Below the pieces are notes generated by a model. That model had not been told where the DNA came from. It did no database searches and was given only the letters and a program-made list of their open reading frames with translations. DNA of 64,000 bases from the NCBI GenBank assembly GCA_951406725.2, contig OX597832.1, forward strand, positions 50,778,001 through 50,842,000, read 5' to 3'. This document shows, one piece after another, positions 28,351-42,093 of this stretch. Numbering within the stretch: position 1 is the stretch's first letter; each line of letters begins with the position of its first letter. The position numbers and the translations under genes are program-made. Source of the DNA: Octopus vulgaris. Lineage: Eukaryota.

Positions 28351-29884
28351 TAACATTAAACGACTACAACAACATCATTATTTGCAACAATAACATCTGC
28401 AAAGGGTGCGATAACAACAAAAAATAAAACATCAATCTAACGAGACTGCATCTGTGCAGTCGTTTCCTGAACGCGCTAGAAATAGTAGCCAAGTCGCCTT
28501 CAAATCACAGCATGTAGTTTTGTTTGCTTTGCTTTTTTGCTTTAAAGGACACACAAGACTATGTAGTCCTTGATACGCTGTGACTGTATAATAGACAGGC
28601 TGGATGTGGTTGAAGTGCCTTAAGTGCCTTTAGCTACATGCATGCCGATGATCTGGGACTAAACACCAACAATAACAAGAAGAAAAAAGACGTATATGTG
28701 CGTGTGTGCGTGTGTGTGTGTGTGTATAAAGAGAGAAAGAGAGAGAGAGAGGAAGAGAGGCAGAGAGATAGTAGAAATGCATCGTGGACAGCTGCAATAA
28801 TAGCAATGATTCCTAGTGCATAACTGGTATGTAACTTATTTCGGTGTCTCCCGGAAGGATGAACATTTTAAAGAAAGGTTAAATAAAACTGGTTTTCGAA
28901 CTTTGTTTTAATCAAGAGGGAAAGGGATAGCGCCCGCCCAGGGCGGCCCCGGATGAAGCGATGTCCTCAGGCCCCTGTAAATACAACTGCAGCATACGTA
29001 GATTTGCATTGGGTCCCTGGATTCGTGGCTCCAGGAAAGTGCCCAGGGTGTCTATGTCTTAAGATGGCACTGATAGCAACCTAGAACCTTTTAATTTTAA
29101 GGGTCTCTTAGAATGATGGGAGGAAGTTATCCCGAGCTGGTGACTTGCGCCGAAAACTTGCAATAGAGGGAACTGTGCTAAAAGTGCCCTAGGACCAGGT
29201 GGGGGCGCTAAAAGGGACGACGGATTAAATCCACTATCTAGAAATTCGGAAATTAAAGAACCGGAAAAATCTCAAATTACCAAGTGGAACCCTCGAATAA
29301 ACAATTCTACCCCTCTCCCGGACTGGTTCTTTATTTTATCGATTCCGAAAGAATGATAGGTAACGTTGACCAGTGACGTAGCGTGAGTTCTGATTGGCCG
29401 GTACTGTGAGGTAGCCAAACTGACCATCCCTTCCTTAAACATAATGCTTTTGACTACAGATTACAGGTGCATATAAAGTGGCCACCCTGTGCGGTTCGTA
29501 CAATCTGCACGCCCAGCAAGCCCTGCAAGCCTTGCACGCCGAAGCACCTCCCCACACCCCATGCTATACTACGTAAGCTGCCGTCGGCTGGTCTTGAACT
29601 CAGAGTGCAGAGGATGGGAAAAATACCGCAAGGCATTATTGTTTTGGGGCCCTGACGATTCTGCTTATTCACTACCTTAATCGGCAAATCGTGAGGATGT
29701 ACGGAAACATTAATTATTTTAATAAGTTCGAAGATGATTGGATTGCATCGGCTCCTCATCCCACGTCTGTGGGTGCTATTTATTTTATCGATCTTGTGCA
29801 GGGTGGGGATGGCGATCGATCTGAGCTCGACTGGAGAATGGGTGGGATTTATAATTCCGAACAAAGAGGTTGTAAGTAAGTAAT

Positions 29885-30037
29885 GAAATGCAGCAGCAAC
29901 AACGACAGCACCCGCAGCAACAGTGGCAACAACGGACAACAACAAGCGCAGCAGCAATAACAGCAACAGCAGCAACACCACCACCATCAACAGCAGCAGC
30001 AATAGCAACAACAGCAGCAACAACGACAGACAGCAAT

Positions 30038-30077
<40 letters not shown>

Positions 30078-30188
30078 ACAGCAGCAATAACAGCAACAGC
30101 AGCAACACCACCACCATCAACAGCAGCAGCAATAGCAACAACAGCAGCAGCAATAGCAACAACAGCAGCAACAACGTCAGACAGCAAT

Positions 30189-30243
<55 letters not shown>

Positions 30244-30354
30244 ACAGCAGCAATAACAGCAACAGCAGCAACACCACCACCATCAACAGCAGCAGCAATA
30301 GCAACAACAGCAGCAGCAATAACAACAACAGCAGCAACAACGACAGACAGCAAT

Positions 30355-30409
<55 letters not shown>

Positions 30410-30520
30410 ACAACAGCAGCAACAACAGCAACAGCAGCAAAACCACCACCAACAACAGCAGCAGCAGCAGCAACAATGACAATAGCAACAAGCAACAGTG
30501 TGCACCTCTAGCAACGACAA
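29885..30520. repeat. CAG/CAA field with a higher-order tandem unit (about 130-170 bp)
   Basis: Anchors caccaccaccatcaacagc and acagacagcaatagc recur 3-4 times. Confidence 0.8.
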
Positions 30521-30757
30521 CAGTAATGTGCACCTACGACAGCAGTAAGAGCATTTGTGACTACATTATAAACAAGCGCTGCAGCAACTAATAAATGCGC
30601 AGCTGCAGCAACGTATAACGACAACGAACGACATCAGTAACATGCATCATAGAATAAACAGCATGTGCACATCAACAACAACTGCACAGCGCACACATAT
30701 ATATATAAACGGCGGTGCATCAGCATGGCCGCAGCTCTGAGCTGAAACTAGAGAGAG

Positions 30758-30831
<74 letters not shown>

Positions 30832-30927
30832 GCATATGCACGAGTGGCTGCAGATGTGGAAGCAGGAAAAACGAGGACAACAGTAACAATAAAAACAACA
30901 ACAGCAACGATGGTAATAGATGCAACT

Positions 30928-30974
<47 letters not shown>

Positions 30975-31305
30975 CGCCAGCTAATGACAAGTGCAGCAAC
31001 ATGCAATAAACAATAACAGCTGCAGTGCAACCACAATCAAATGCCAACATCTGTATCGTCTGCAAAAATAAAAATGAAAGAAAAAAAATGGAAGAATGAA
31101 AAACGGGCAGCGATGACAACACATTGCAGTAACTTGCAGCAGACAAACAATAACAACTGCAGGACAAATACAAGTAGCAGTGGCCGCAGCTGCTGCAAGG
31201 ACGAGAGCAGCAGCAATGAGAAGAACAATATGCAATGCGAGCCAGAGATAAATCCTAAACGCAGTCAATCAACGTGTAAGAAATTGTGGCAGAAACCCCT
31301 TAGAC

Positions 31306-31755
31306 CAGTGCTCTGCAATCGGTATGCTGCGGCACACAGCTGTGCCATGAAATTATTTCTTTACTACCCACAGGGGGATAAACATAGAGGGGACAAATAA
31401 GGACTGACAAAGGGTTTAAGTCGACTACATCGACCCCAGTGCGTAACTGGTACTTATTTAATCGACCCCAAAAGGATGAAAGGCAAAGTCGACCTCAGCG
31501 GAATTTGAACTCACAACGTAGCGGCAGACGAAATACCGCTAAGCATTTCGCCCGGCATGCTAACGTTTCTGCCAGCTTGCCGCCTTGTATGGTGCCATGG
31601 TGTGCCATGAAATGATGCTAGGTGTGCCGCAGTGTAACCTGAATATAATTTTTCCCCCCTATACTTTTAGTTATATTTTTAGTTCAATTGTGCCGCCGAA
31701 TTTTGAAAAGAATGTAAGTGTGCCGCAAGTGAAAAAAAAAGGTTGCGGAGCAATG
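31306..31755. mobile_element. hAT-like MITE interrupted by SINE family A (31354-31586, -)
   Basis: TIRs CAGTGCTCTGCAATC / GGTTGCGGAGCAATG. The SINE is flanked by TGTGCCATGAAAT at 31341-31353 and 31601-31613. Confidence 0.7.
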
Positions 31756-32536
31756 TCTTTGCTCACACCGTGCCATCGAAGATAAAGGAGGCCCACGTTG
31801 CATCATGTGATTCTGGTTATTTAAAGAATAAAAAAAATCATCTGGGGAGTCGAGCTAGAACGAGTTTGGTCCCTGGTCTTGGGTTTGCACGATTAGGGCT
31901 CGTTTTTAAAAGTTAAACAATAACCACTGCACCCAGAAATGAAAACAGCAGCGATTGCAACAACAGAAATGCAACAGCAGCAACAAAAAGAAAAGAAAGC
32001 GTAATCCACCAGCAGCATAAGTGGACAGATATTACCATAGAAGCGACAACAGCAACAGAGATGCAAATTTTGTATGCAGGAAAGGCAGCGGCTGCAGTGT
32101 AAAGAACGAACGAATATTTGCAGTAGCATCATCGTCCGTAACCAGTGAGCAGAGCAGCAGCAGCAGAATCTGCAGCAACGAAAACAACAACAACAACAGC
32201 AACTACTACTACTACTACTACTACTACTACTGCAGCAGCAGCAGCAGTAGCAGTAACAGCAATAACAACAAAGAGCAAAAAGTGTGCAGAAATTAGCAAT
32301 GCCCCAAGGTTTGCAACAATAACACAATCGCTGCATGCATCCAGGTGTAAAGGTTTCAGGACACCCCGTTGAGGGCTTCGGCCGGTCATGTTTTACATCT
32401 GGTACTCAACTCTGGCCTCGACTAAGTCAGTCATTTAACTCTTGATGACGCAAGTCTAACTAAGAATCCTCTGCAAGTAAGTAGACATATGTGCAAAGAT
32501 CCGGCTGCAGAAAGCCGCAGCAACATCGTAAACATT

Positions 32537-32925
32537 GATTTGAAATTTTGACACAAGGCCAGCAATTTTGGAGGTGGTGGGTAAGCCGATTACGTCGACC
32601 CCAGTGTGTACCTGGTACTTATTTAATCGACCCCGAAAGGATGAAAGGCAAAGTCGACCACGGCGGAATTTGAACTCAGAACGTAGCCGCAGACGAAATA
32701 CCTATTTCTTTACTACCAACAAGGGGCTAAACATAGAGGACAAACAAGAACAAACAGATTAAGTCGATTATATCGACCCCAGTGCATAACTGGTACTTAT
32801 TTAATCGACCCCGAAAGGATGAAAGGCAAAGTCGACCTCGGCGGAATTTGAACTCAGAACGTAGCGGCAGACGAAATACCGCTAAGCATTTTTCCCCGAC
32901 GCGCTGACGATTCAGCTAGAGCCGA
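32537..32925 (-). mobile_element. SINE family A dimer (tail-1 copy inserted in a tail-2 copy)
   Basis: Junction at 32699-32703 joins the tail AAAGAAATA to GGTATTTCGTC; the distal unit ends in tail-2. Confidence 0.85.
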
Positions 32926-33269
32926 GGGTTTCGTTAGCACCTTTTTTTTAAAATAAAAAAAGTCTTCCTTGCGGATGAAAGGATAGCACCTAAGTCCATG
33001 CCAGTAACACTATAGCGCCTCCTTTCTTGGAAAAACAGTGTCTTGAAGCTCCTACGAAGACAGCGAGACAGTATATAGGTTCACGTTGGGTACCTCCACC
33101 CCTCCAGTAAAATTCCAGATCACTCATGACTGAAGGTGGACACTGTCAGCAGCAACCGCAGGGTGTGGCAGAAAGGAGGACCCCTATTCATCATTCTTGA
33201 TGAACGTTTCAACAACAAATGCAGGGATGGTAGCTAAAAAATAAAACTAAGATGGTAATATAAACAAAG

Positions 33270-33426
33270 CAGGTGCAGGTATGGCTGTGTGGTAAGAAGC
33301 TTGCTTCACAACCACATGGTGCCGGGTTCAGTTCCACTGCGTGGCATCTTGGGCAAGTGTCTTCCACTATAACCTCGAGCTGACCAAGTGGATTTGTGAG
33401 GTAGACGGAAACTGAAAGAAGCCCGT

Positions 33427-33497
<71 letters not shown>

Positions 33498-33670
33498 TGA
33501 TGTTTGTGTATGCCCTCGTAATTTTGCGGTTCGGCTAAAGACACCGATAGAATAAGAACCAGGGTTTAAAAATAAAAAGTACTGGGGTGCATTTGTTCGA
33601 TTAAAACCCCTTCGAAGTCGGTGCCCCAGCATGGTCGCAAAGACTGAAACATGTAACAGATAAAAAAGAA
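33270..33670 (+). mobile_element. SINE family B (diverged)
   Basis: Head, CORE-like motif, internal (CA)n(TA)n and 3' hairpin all present. Confidence 0.8.
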
Positions 33671-34907
33671 ACCCCAAAACGAAGAAACGTTAGCTACACG
33701 TAAACATCATTATCATCGGCCTAACTTCACTAGCTCAGCTCTAATGGCCATGTAAATTATAGGAATATTTTCGGTTACACCCTGTACGTATGCTTCTGTT
33801 CTTCTGAACTTGCAAAAATCTGTTTACCATCCTCACGCATGTCCACTTGATGATGGCCTGCTCTTTTTAGCTACTTCCCATCCCGGCCTGTGACAGAACC
33901 TTCAAGGGTCCCATACTAAAGATTTTCTCGAACTTTTTTCTCCGAGAACTACAAGGTACCACAAGGTACTCGCATGAAAATGTCTAAGTGTTCATGCTTT
34001 CTTTCTTTTTTTATTATTTTTTTACTTCTGCCGACAGATTGTAGCATGGCTGGGACGGAGGGTGAGGAGCAAGCGATGGAGTTGGGGGTGGAGATCCGTC
34101 CGGGCAGCACTTGGATGGAGAGGCAACACATTTGAGTCTGCTGTATAAGCTTGTTTAGGGGCGGGGCCAGTAAATTCAAGGGCTGCCCGGGCGGCACACA
34201 CACACACACACACATACACACACACACACACACGCACACACACACGCACACACACAGACACACGCACACACACACACACACAGACACACACTCTGGCTAC
34301 GCCGCTGCTTACAGAGTTATTGACGTATAGAAGTTCGAACTGCATCGATCGCACTCGTCTGGGAGAGTTTGCAAAGGTCATTCACTCAGCCTCTCCTCTT
34401 TCTCTACCTACCCCCACCCACCCCTCCTACCAAATAACTCAAGAAAGCGGCACCAACAGCAGCGACAGCAGCATAGATACAGTAACTGCAGCAGCGATTA
34501 CAACAACAGGACCACATGTTGCAAATGTAGCAACGGCGATCACAACATCAGAACCTAAAGCAACGACAGTAGCAGCGGTTCCCTGCACTGTGGTCGCTTG
34601 ACTTGCTCGAAATAGCGGCCAAATCTTCCTCATATCACACTGTATTATTTTTTTTAAAGTGGAAGAGTCATAGTAATAATGTGGCCCTAGATAATTCTAG
34701 GCCGATATAATGGTCGCAACACTGCAGGCGTGATCTTCTCGTCGAATAGATATACGCAATCAGTGCGACCGGCTTATAGACGATGACGACGATGACAGCG
34801 TCAACAAAGGCAGCAGCAGCATCAACAGCAGCAGCATCAACAGCAGCAGCAACAACAATAGCAATAGTGTATGCAGTGATAGCAACAACAACAACAGCAG
34901 CAGCAGC

Positions 34908-34939
<32 letters not shown>

Positions 34940-35037
34940 CTACAACAACAGCTACAATAGCAATAGTGTATGCAACGATAGCAACAACAACAATAACAAC
35001 AGCAGCAGCAGCAGCAGCAATAGTGTATACGGCGATA

Positions 35038-35068
<31 letters not shown>

Positions 35069-35151
35069 CAACAACAACAGTGTATTCAGCGATAGCAACA
35101 ACAATAACAATAGCAATAGTGCATGCGGCGATTGCAGCAGCAGCAGCAGCA

Positions 35152-35325
35152 TTTCTTGTCCCCCGGCTTCCTACGCAACCGCTGAGCCTGGATGCGCATT
35201 CATCCATCCGTCGATGCTCTCGGTGTCGGGGGTTGACCTGCTTTCTCTTCCGCGGGTCTTACGAATAGCAAAGGACCACGTTTCGGACTTCTCCCACTAA
35301 TGGGACGAAGACTGCTTCGCTCAAC
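35152..35325 (+). mobile_element. Unclassified GC-rich retroelement 3'-end-like repeat (second copy about 37373-37505)
   Basis: About 110 bp near-identical between copies. Both share the same 3' end, followed by AAC/AAAC repeats, and have different 5' extents. Confidence 0.6.
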
Positions 35326-35435
35326 AGCAACAGCAGCAACAGCAGCAACAGCAGCAGCAACAACAACAACAACAACAATAGCAATAGTGTATGCGGTGAT
35401 AGCAACAGTGTATGCGGCGATAGCAACAACAAGAG

Positions 35436-35973
35436 TGGAGGCGCAATGGCCCAGTGGTTAGGGCAGCGGACTCGCGGTCGTAAGTACGCGGTTTCGATTC
35501 TCAGACCGGGTATTGGGAGTGTTTATTGAGCCAACAGAGAGTAGTAGTGAACACCGCTGTACTCTTTCACCACAACTTTCTCTCACTCTTCTTTTCTACT
35601 TTTGCCACAAAGCAGAAGGAACCATGGTGTAACCCACTATGATGTGGTAAACTTTCAGACCCTAGTCTAGATTGCGAATCCTCTGTACCCCATGATGGTT
35701 CAGCTCTCCACCCGTTAAAAGCCACCGTTTACGGAATGAGGATAACAACGTAGCTTTCGTGCCCGTGCAACCGCCAGTCTATCGCGTGTGGTGGGTGGGC
35801 GGGTCTTCAAGTTGCCACACGCACTCTTAGTAGCTTAGAGTAGGCTCGAATTAGAGATTATTCTTTGTTGCTAATGGCGTGAGTCCTGATTGGAAGAAGA
35901 AGAAGAAGAAGAAGAAGAAGAAGAAGAAGAAGAAGAAGAAGAAGAAGAAGAAGAAGAAGAAGAAGAAGAAGAA
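35436..35973 (+). mobile_element. SINE family C long-tail variant, full length, with (GAA)n tail and 29-bp flanking duplication
   Basis: tRNA-like head; tail (GAA)n at 35893-35973; AGT(G/A)TATGCGGCGATAGCAACAACAAGAG at 35407-35435 and 35989-36017. Confidence 0.82.
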
Positions 35974-36404
35974 GGCAATAATAGCAATAGTATATGCGGC
36001 GATAGCAACAACAAGAGGGATCCGATGAACAATAACTAAACAAAATATCGTTACAAAAGTTAAACATAGAAGCAGCCGGCAACTTTTAAGTCAGGAAAGG
36101 CAAGAATAAAAGCAACAGTTAAAGTAGCTTCAGTAAGAACGAGAACAACAGTTGTTGCAGATCTTTATAATTGCAAGACGAAATGAAAAAAACCCACAAA
36201 AAATAGCACCAGATACAGCATTAACATTAGCAACAGCATAAACGGCATAGGTGAGAGCAACGCTGGTTACGGGAACCGCAAGAAAGACAATGCAACAGTA
36301 ATCTCCCAAAAATGCAACAACAGCCAGGTCCGCAATAACAACGGTAACAACAATAACTGCAACGCTAGAAGAGCAACAGAATTGTCCTCTATAACACAGT
36401 CATC

Positions 36405-36435
<31 letters not shown>

Positions 36436-37023
36436 CCATCACCATCATCATCATCATCATCATCATCATCACCATCACCATCATCATCATCATCATCACC
36501 ACCACCACCACCACCAATACCACCACCACCACCACCACCACCACTACCATCATCATCATCATCATCATCAACAAAGACAGCAATGGTTGCACCGACGTTC
36601 AACAACAATAACGAAAGCATCATCAAATGTCGGACATTTACAGCGGCGATAGCAATAACGGCGAGGACCTCCATTGCCCAGTCGATGCACCCACATTGTC
36701 CGACGATGTCTGTAAAAAAAAAAGAAAATAAATATTTTGCTGCTGTTACTGTTAGTGGTTCTTAGTGACTTCTGCAAATTCTGCAAAATCCTGCAGCAAT
36801 GATCTGGTCTGCATTTGCATCAATCAGTGCAACGAATGTCGGAGAGATTGCAGCGACGAATGTTGCTGCCCGGTCTTACGTATGCATGTAGGTATCTGTG
36901 TAGTTGTTGCTTAACATCAGGTGGTGAGTCCTTATCGAGCTTATCTATGATCAAAGGCATTCTAGGCGCGACCATCCCGTTTCATTTTCAGACACATTGT
37001 ATTTGCATTCTTTTGTGTCCTTC

Positions 37024-37372
37024 AAGGCGGCGAGCTGGCAGAGACGTTAGCACGTCGGGCGAAACGCTTAGCCGTATTTCGTCTGCCATTACGTTCTGAG
37101 TTCATTACTGGAGTCCGGAACTCTCGTGGGAAAAAAATTTCGCCGACCAGCATACAAGTAGCAGCCAAACTCTCTCGACGGATTTTATACATGTCGTTGC
37201 CTTTCATCCTTTCGGGGTCGATAAATTAAGTACCAGTTACGCACTGGGGTCGATGTAATCGACTTAATCCGTTTGTCTGTCCTTGTTTGTCCTCTCTGTA
37301 TTTATCCCCTTATGGGTAGTAAAGAAATAGGTATTTCGTCTGCCGCTACGTTCTGAGTTCAAGAAATAGGTA
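37024..37372 (+). mobile_element. Rearranged SINE family A with a ~90-bp foreign insert and duplicated head segment
   Basis: Head to 37103, unrelated sequence at 37104-37196, body and tail to 37329, then GGTATTTCGTCTGCC..GAGTTCA again. Confidence 0.75.
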
Positions 37373-37871
37373 GATGCTCTTGGTGTCGGGGGTTGACCTG
37401 CTTTCTCTTCTGCGGGTCTTACGAATAGCAAAGGACCACGTTTCGGACTTCTCCCACTGGGACGAAGACCGCTTCGCTTAACAAACAAACAAACAAACAA
37501 ACAAGCAGCAGCAACAACAACGACAACAACAGTAGCAGCAGTAATAGTATGAGCAACACATCTTCAACGAGGAACCGGCTGCATTAATCGGTACCAAAAA
37601 TTTGCAACAGTGATTAATGTTAACAGCAGATCATATCAGCACCTCTTGTCTCACGCAAACCATCACAAACAACTCGTATTAGAATATCAGAATCTGGATT
37701 CACTGGAAAGTTCGACCGAGATGATCGGTGGATAAATTGTTGGGAGGCTCAACACTGGAGTAGTTTCTCCACACGCTCCAGATGGTTTGAGCCGGTGTCT
37801 CTAAGCTAATGGGAGTCGCTTGTCAATGTTAAGATGATCCGAGAAAATTGGAGGATCCTGTTAGGAAACTG

Positions 37872-38293
37872 GGATCTTTTCGGTTTGACCGGCAGTTTTT
37901 TCTAGCGGTGTCATATGAAATTGTCACCCATAATTATGACCCTAGTATCGATCTATTGTATTTCAATCTGCTTTAGGGTTAGGGTTAGGGGTGGGGGGAA
38001 GGGTATCTTTTTTTTCTTCACAAATGTAAATAAACCCAATCTGTTTCTTAAACGAGGGACATATTCATACGGCACAGAATATTTTTTACCTCAATAGACA
38101 TCATTGATTGGTTGAAATTGCAGAAATTGAAGAAAATAAAAACAACAAATATCTTACAAACTACAGAATTTTCTCAATAAAGCCAAGAGAAAAAGATGTT
38201 TTATAAACACATTCTACCAGTATACGAAGTTTTAAAAGTGTTTAGTTACGTGGAAATTATTTTAAAAAACTGCCGGTCAAACGGAAAAGATCC
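37872..38293. mobile_element. MITE with 30-bp TIRs and 8-bp TSD (Merlin- or MULE-like)
   Basis: TIR GGATCTTTTC(G/C)GTTTGACCGGCAGTTTTTT (29/30) and TSD GGAAACTG at 37864-37871 and 38294-38301. Confidence 0.88.
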
Positions 38294-38626
38294 GGAAACT
38301 GTATACTAGACTGGTTTCTCCAGATGCGCCGGGCGAGTTTAAGTGACCACTGCAAGCCAATGAAAGTTATTTGTCAACAACAAGAAGAGCCGGGATGATT
38401 GGTGATATGAGGTGAATACTGATGCGGTTTTTCCAGATGCAACAGATACCCTGTAAACTAACGAACTACCCTGTCAATTTTTTGGCATTGCTAACAAGTA
38501 ACTGTTCTCTATTCGGTTGTGTATAACTACAACCGGTTGGCCAGTATTCTATTAGGGCTTGTTGTTGTTATTGTTGTTGTTGTTAAGCAACAAGACGGGT
38601 AAGGGTGATTAGGTGATGGTCTAGGG

Positions 38627-38845
38627 CAGTGCTTTTCAAACTTTTTGCTGGAGCGGAACCCCAAGGAAACATTCCACTGGCTCGAGGAACCCCTGTGCAA
38701 TAATTTAATTGTCTTATGCTCACATATCTGCGCAGGAGAATTAAAAATTACTGTCAATTTTAGCAGTTTTGTAACTTCTTGCGGAACCCCTGGACTGTAC
38801 TGGCGGAACCCTAAGGTTCCGCGGAACCCTGGTTGAAAACCACTG
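38627..38845. mobile_element. hAT (Charlie-like) MITE
   Basis: CAGTG...CACTG termini and a perfect 8-bp TSD GTCTAGGG; homologous to 5715-5915. Confidence 0.92.
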
Positions 38846-39562
38846 GTCTAGGGCTTAGGGGCGGGAGACCCCAGACCCTTGGAAAAAAAAAAAAACTTTG
38901 GTCGTCTTGTAGTCGAGGGCTCTTCGATGACGCCTGACACCACTGGGAGGTGGCCCTCGAAGTCACTGGAAATGGAGATTTCCAGGTCCAAATTCTTGAA
39001 CGGCTGCTGCTGCTGTTGTTGTTGCTGCTATTGTCTCCTCTGCCAGTTCTCCTTTGGCAATGCATACTTATGATTAAAAGGCATTTTAGCTGTGACTATA
39101 CCATCTTTTTCTTTTGAGGCACAGTGTAATCTAGGATTGCAATAGGAAATCTGTTCTTCTTTTTAAAAGAAGTTAGGGTGTGAGTTGAGGAAGATTTAGC
39201 TGTCTCTCGACCCCTCGGGATCGATAAAATAAAGTATCGGTTAGATACTGGGGCCGTTGTAACAGAATTGTCCCTTGCCTCAAAATGACAGGTCTTGTAC
39301 ATTTGCCAAGCTCCGGCGTTGGAAATGCTATGATTCGAATCACTTATATGCCATGGGAAACACGGCATTATGAGTCGTAGGTCATAAGGAAAATTTAAAA
39401 AAGAAGAAAATTCCCAATAATAGTCATTCCTGTAGTAACTCCCTTGTTGGTTCGGATATTCTGTTGACTCATCCGTTGACACTTTCGTCCTGCAAGCAAG
39501 GCAACATACGACGTCTTATTTCCTGAAAACAAGGCGATTCAAATGTTACAGTGGATATTTAC

Positions 39563-39738
39563 TGCAATATATGCATTTTAATGTTGCAGCTGTCTTTCCT
39601 GCAATATATGCATTTTGTTGTTGCAGCTGTTTTGCCTGTAATATATACATTTTGATGATGCAGCTGTTTTTGGTATGACATATGCAATGCGATTTTGCAG
39701 GTGTTTTTTTTAGCAATATATGCATTTTGATGCTGCAG
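39563..39738. repeat. ~37-bp minisatellite, about 5 diverged copies
   Basis: Unit ctgcaatatatgcattttgatgttgcagctgtttttc. Confidence 0.75.
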
Positions 39739-40360
39739 TATATGTCAGTGTTGCACAATGTGGTATTTGTGCAGCGAAACTGCATATTGTTGTCAGTGCA
39801 TCTAACATAAGCACTACAAATATTCACGTTTAGTCCCAAGTCGGCCCTGGGCAAGCAATGCAGCATTGAAACCATGACCATCGCGTCTAATTATTTTTTA
39901 AGCAAAGTCTATCTCAGACTACCTAAAACATTTGGCTACTATTGAGAGAAGATCGAGTAAGAATATAACAAAAAAAATAGTTTCTTTAACCCGATAGCAG
40001 CTGTGATGGAGCAGCCCCATGATAAAAGGCGTTCCAGCAGTGACCATCATGTCTTTTCCGTATATAAAGACCTACAATGTCATTCTTAATTTAAGACTGT
40101 AGGACGTAATATGACGGAGACTTTATTGCTATTTCTAGCAGATAGAGCAACCACATAGTGGTTTCCTTATTGGCTTATATATCTCATGTTTGGTATCTTA
40201 TTGCATAACATATTGCAACAACATAATACTACATAATACTACAACGGTGAACCATTGAGGGAATCCTTGTATATAGTTGCCTGAATTGCAAATCTAACTC
40301 AATTACTACCTGACATCTTGCAAAAGGTAAGGATTCAACCGATATTATCGTATGGGACAC

Positions 40361-40580
40361 AAGGCGGCGAGCTGGCAGAAACGTTAGCACGCCGGCCGAA
40401 ATACTTAGCGGTGTTTCGTCTACCGTTACGTTCTGAGTTCAAATTCCGCCGAGGTCGACTTTGCCTTTCATCCTTTCGGGGTCGATAAATTAAGTACCAG
40501 TTACTCACTGGGGTCGATGTAATCGACCTAATCCGTTTGTCTGTCCTCGTTTGTCCCCTCTGTGTTTAGCCCCTTGTGGT
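40361..40580 (+). mobile_element. SINE family A (tail-1, 3' end clipped)
   Basis: High identity to 4212-4443. Confidence 0.88.
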
Positions 40581-40648
40581 GGTGCTGGTAGTCATGGTGT
40601 ATGTATGTATGTTGCTTTGATAGTTTTGCTACTGCTACTGACACGGCT

Positions 40649-40684
<36 letters not shown>

Positions 40685-41085
40685 GATGATGATGATGATG
40701 ATGATGACGATGACGATGATGATGATGATGATGAAGTCAAAATTAAAAGAAGAGTGCCATTGTTATCTAGTAAACAATATTTCGACATCTTGTGTGTCTT
40801 CGACTGGGGCCCATATGATCTTTGAGGATCCAGATAAGTTTTTTTTTGAGGGGTCAATGCCAGCAGAAAAGATAAAGTTATCTTCTCTCGCGTCATGTTG
40901 ACTCATAAGGTCCGGTTTCCCAATTTCATGACATATATATTCCCCCACCTGGACAGGACGCCAATCCATCACAAGATTACTCATTTTTTGCCAGCTGAGT
41001 GGACTGGAGGAACTTGAAACGATGTGTTTTGCCCAAGAACACAATGAGTGGCCCGGTCGGTCCAGGTAACGAAACCACCATAACT

Positions 41086-41131
<46 letters not shown>

Positions 41132-41153
41132 GCAGTAGCATCATCATCATCAT

Positions 41154-41184
<31 letters not shown>

Positions 41185-41185
41185 G

Positions 41186-41219
<34 letters not shown>

Positions 41220-41896
41220 TAGAAAAGCAGCTGTTTTAGTATTAGTTGCAACAGTGATTTCTGTTTGATGTTGCTGTCGTGCTATTACTGCTGCTGCAGC
41301 TGGGGCTGTCGCTTTAATAGTGTTGCTGTTGCTACTGGTACGGCTATTGCTGCTGCTGCTGCTGCTACTTCTGCTTCTAGTGCCGGGGCTGTTTGTTTTT
41401 GTTGTTGAAGCTGTTGCGTTTCACTGGTTCTGGTGTTGATTCAACAATGGCAAGATGTCAGCTGTGAAATCCAGCATCCATCCAGCATCAAGCATCCAGC
41501 ATCCAGCAACCATCAACCATCAACCAGCAACCATCAACCAGTAACCAGTAACCAGTAACCAGCAAGAATGGCCACGTTGTAAATAGAGCGGCGACGGCTT
41601 TGCATCACGTCGACGTTCGGAGTGTTAACGGCATTTGAAAAGAAAAGGAAAAAAATATATACGTCTAGAAAAATAAAACAATCAAAAACATAAGAAGAGA
41701 GCGATGTGATGTAATGGGATGCAAGGTGATGTAAGGTGAACAGGTAAAGGAAGCCGATGAGAGTGTGTGCAGATGCTACTGTTGTTGTTATTGTTGCTGT
41801 GACTGCAACAGGGGGAAATCATTAAGTAGTAAATTGTAGGGGTCGCGGTGGTAGTCGTAGTAAATATGCGTGTACGTGTATATATATATATATGTT

Positions 41897-41930
<34 letters not shown>

Positions 41931-42047
41931 AACATGTGTATGTGTGTGTGCACATGTGCATGTATATATACAGACACACCTACACTTGTATTTATGTATG
42001 TGCGTGCATGCATATAGATATGTATGTATATATGTATACATAATGCA

Positions 42048-42093
<46 letters not shown>

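Noticed and set aside
35255-35325. Minus-strand GAAAC-GTG-GTC with flanking stems resembling a hammerhead
   Set aside because: The CUGANGA core strand is absent between stems I and II. Kept only as a structured repeat.
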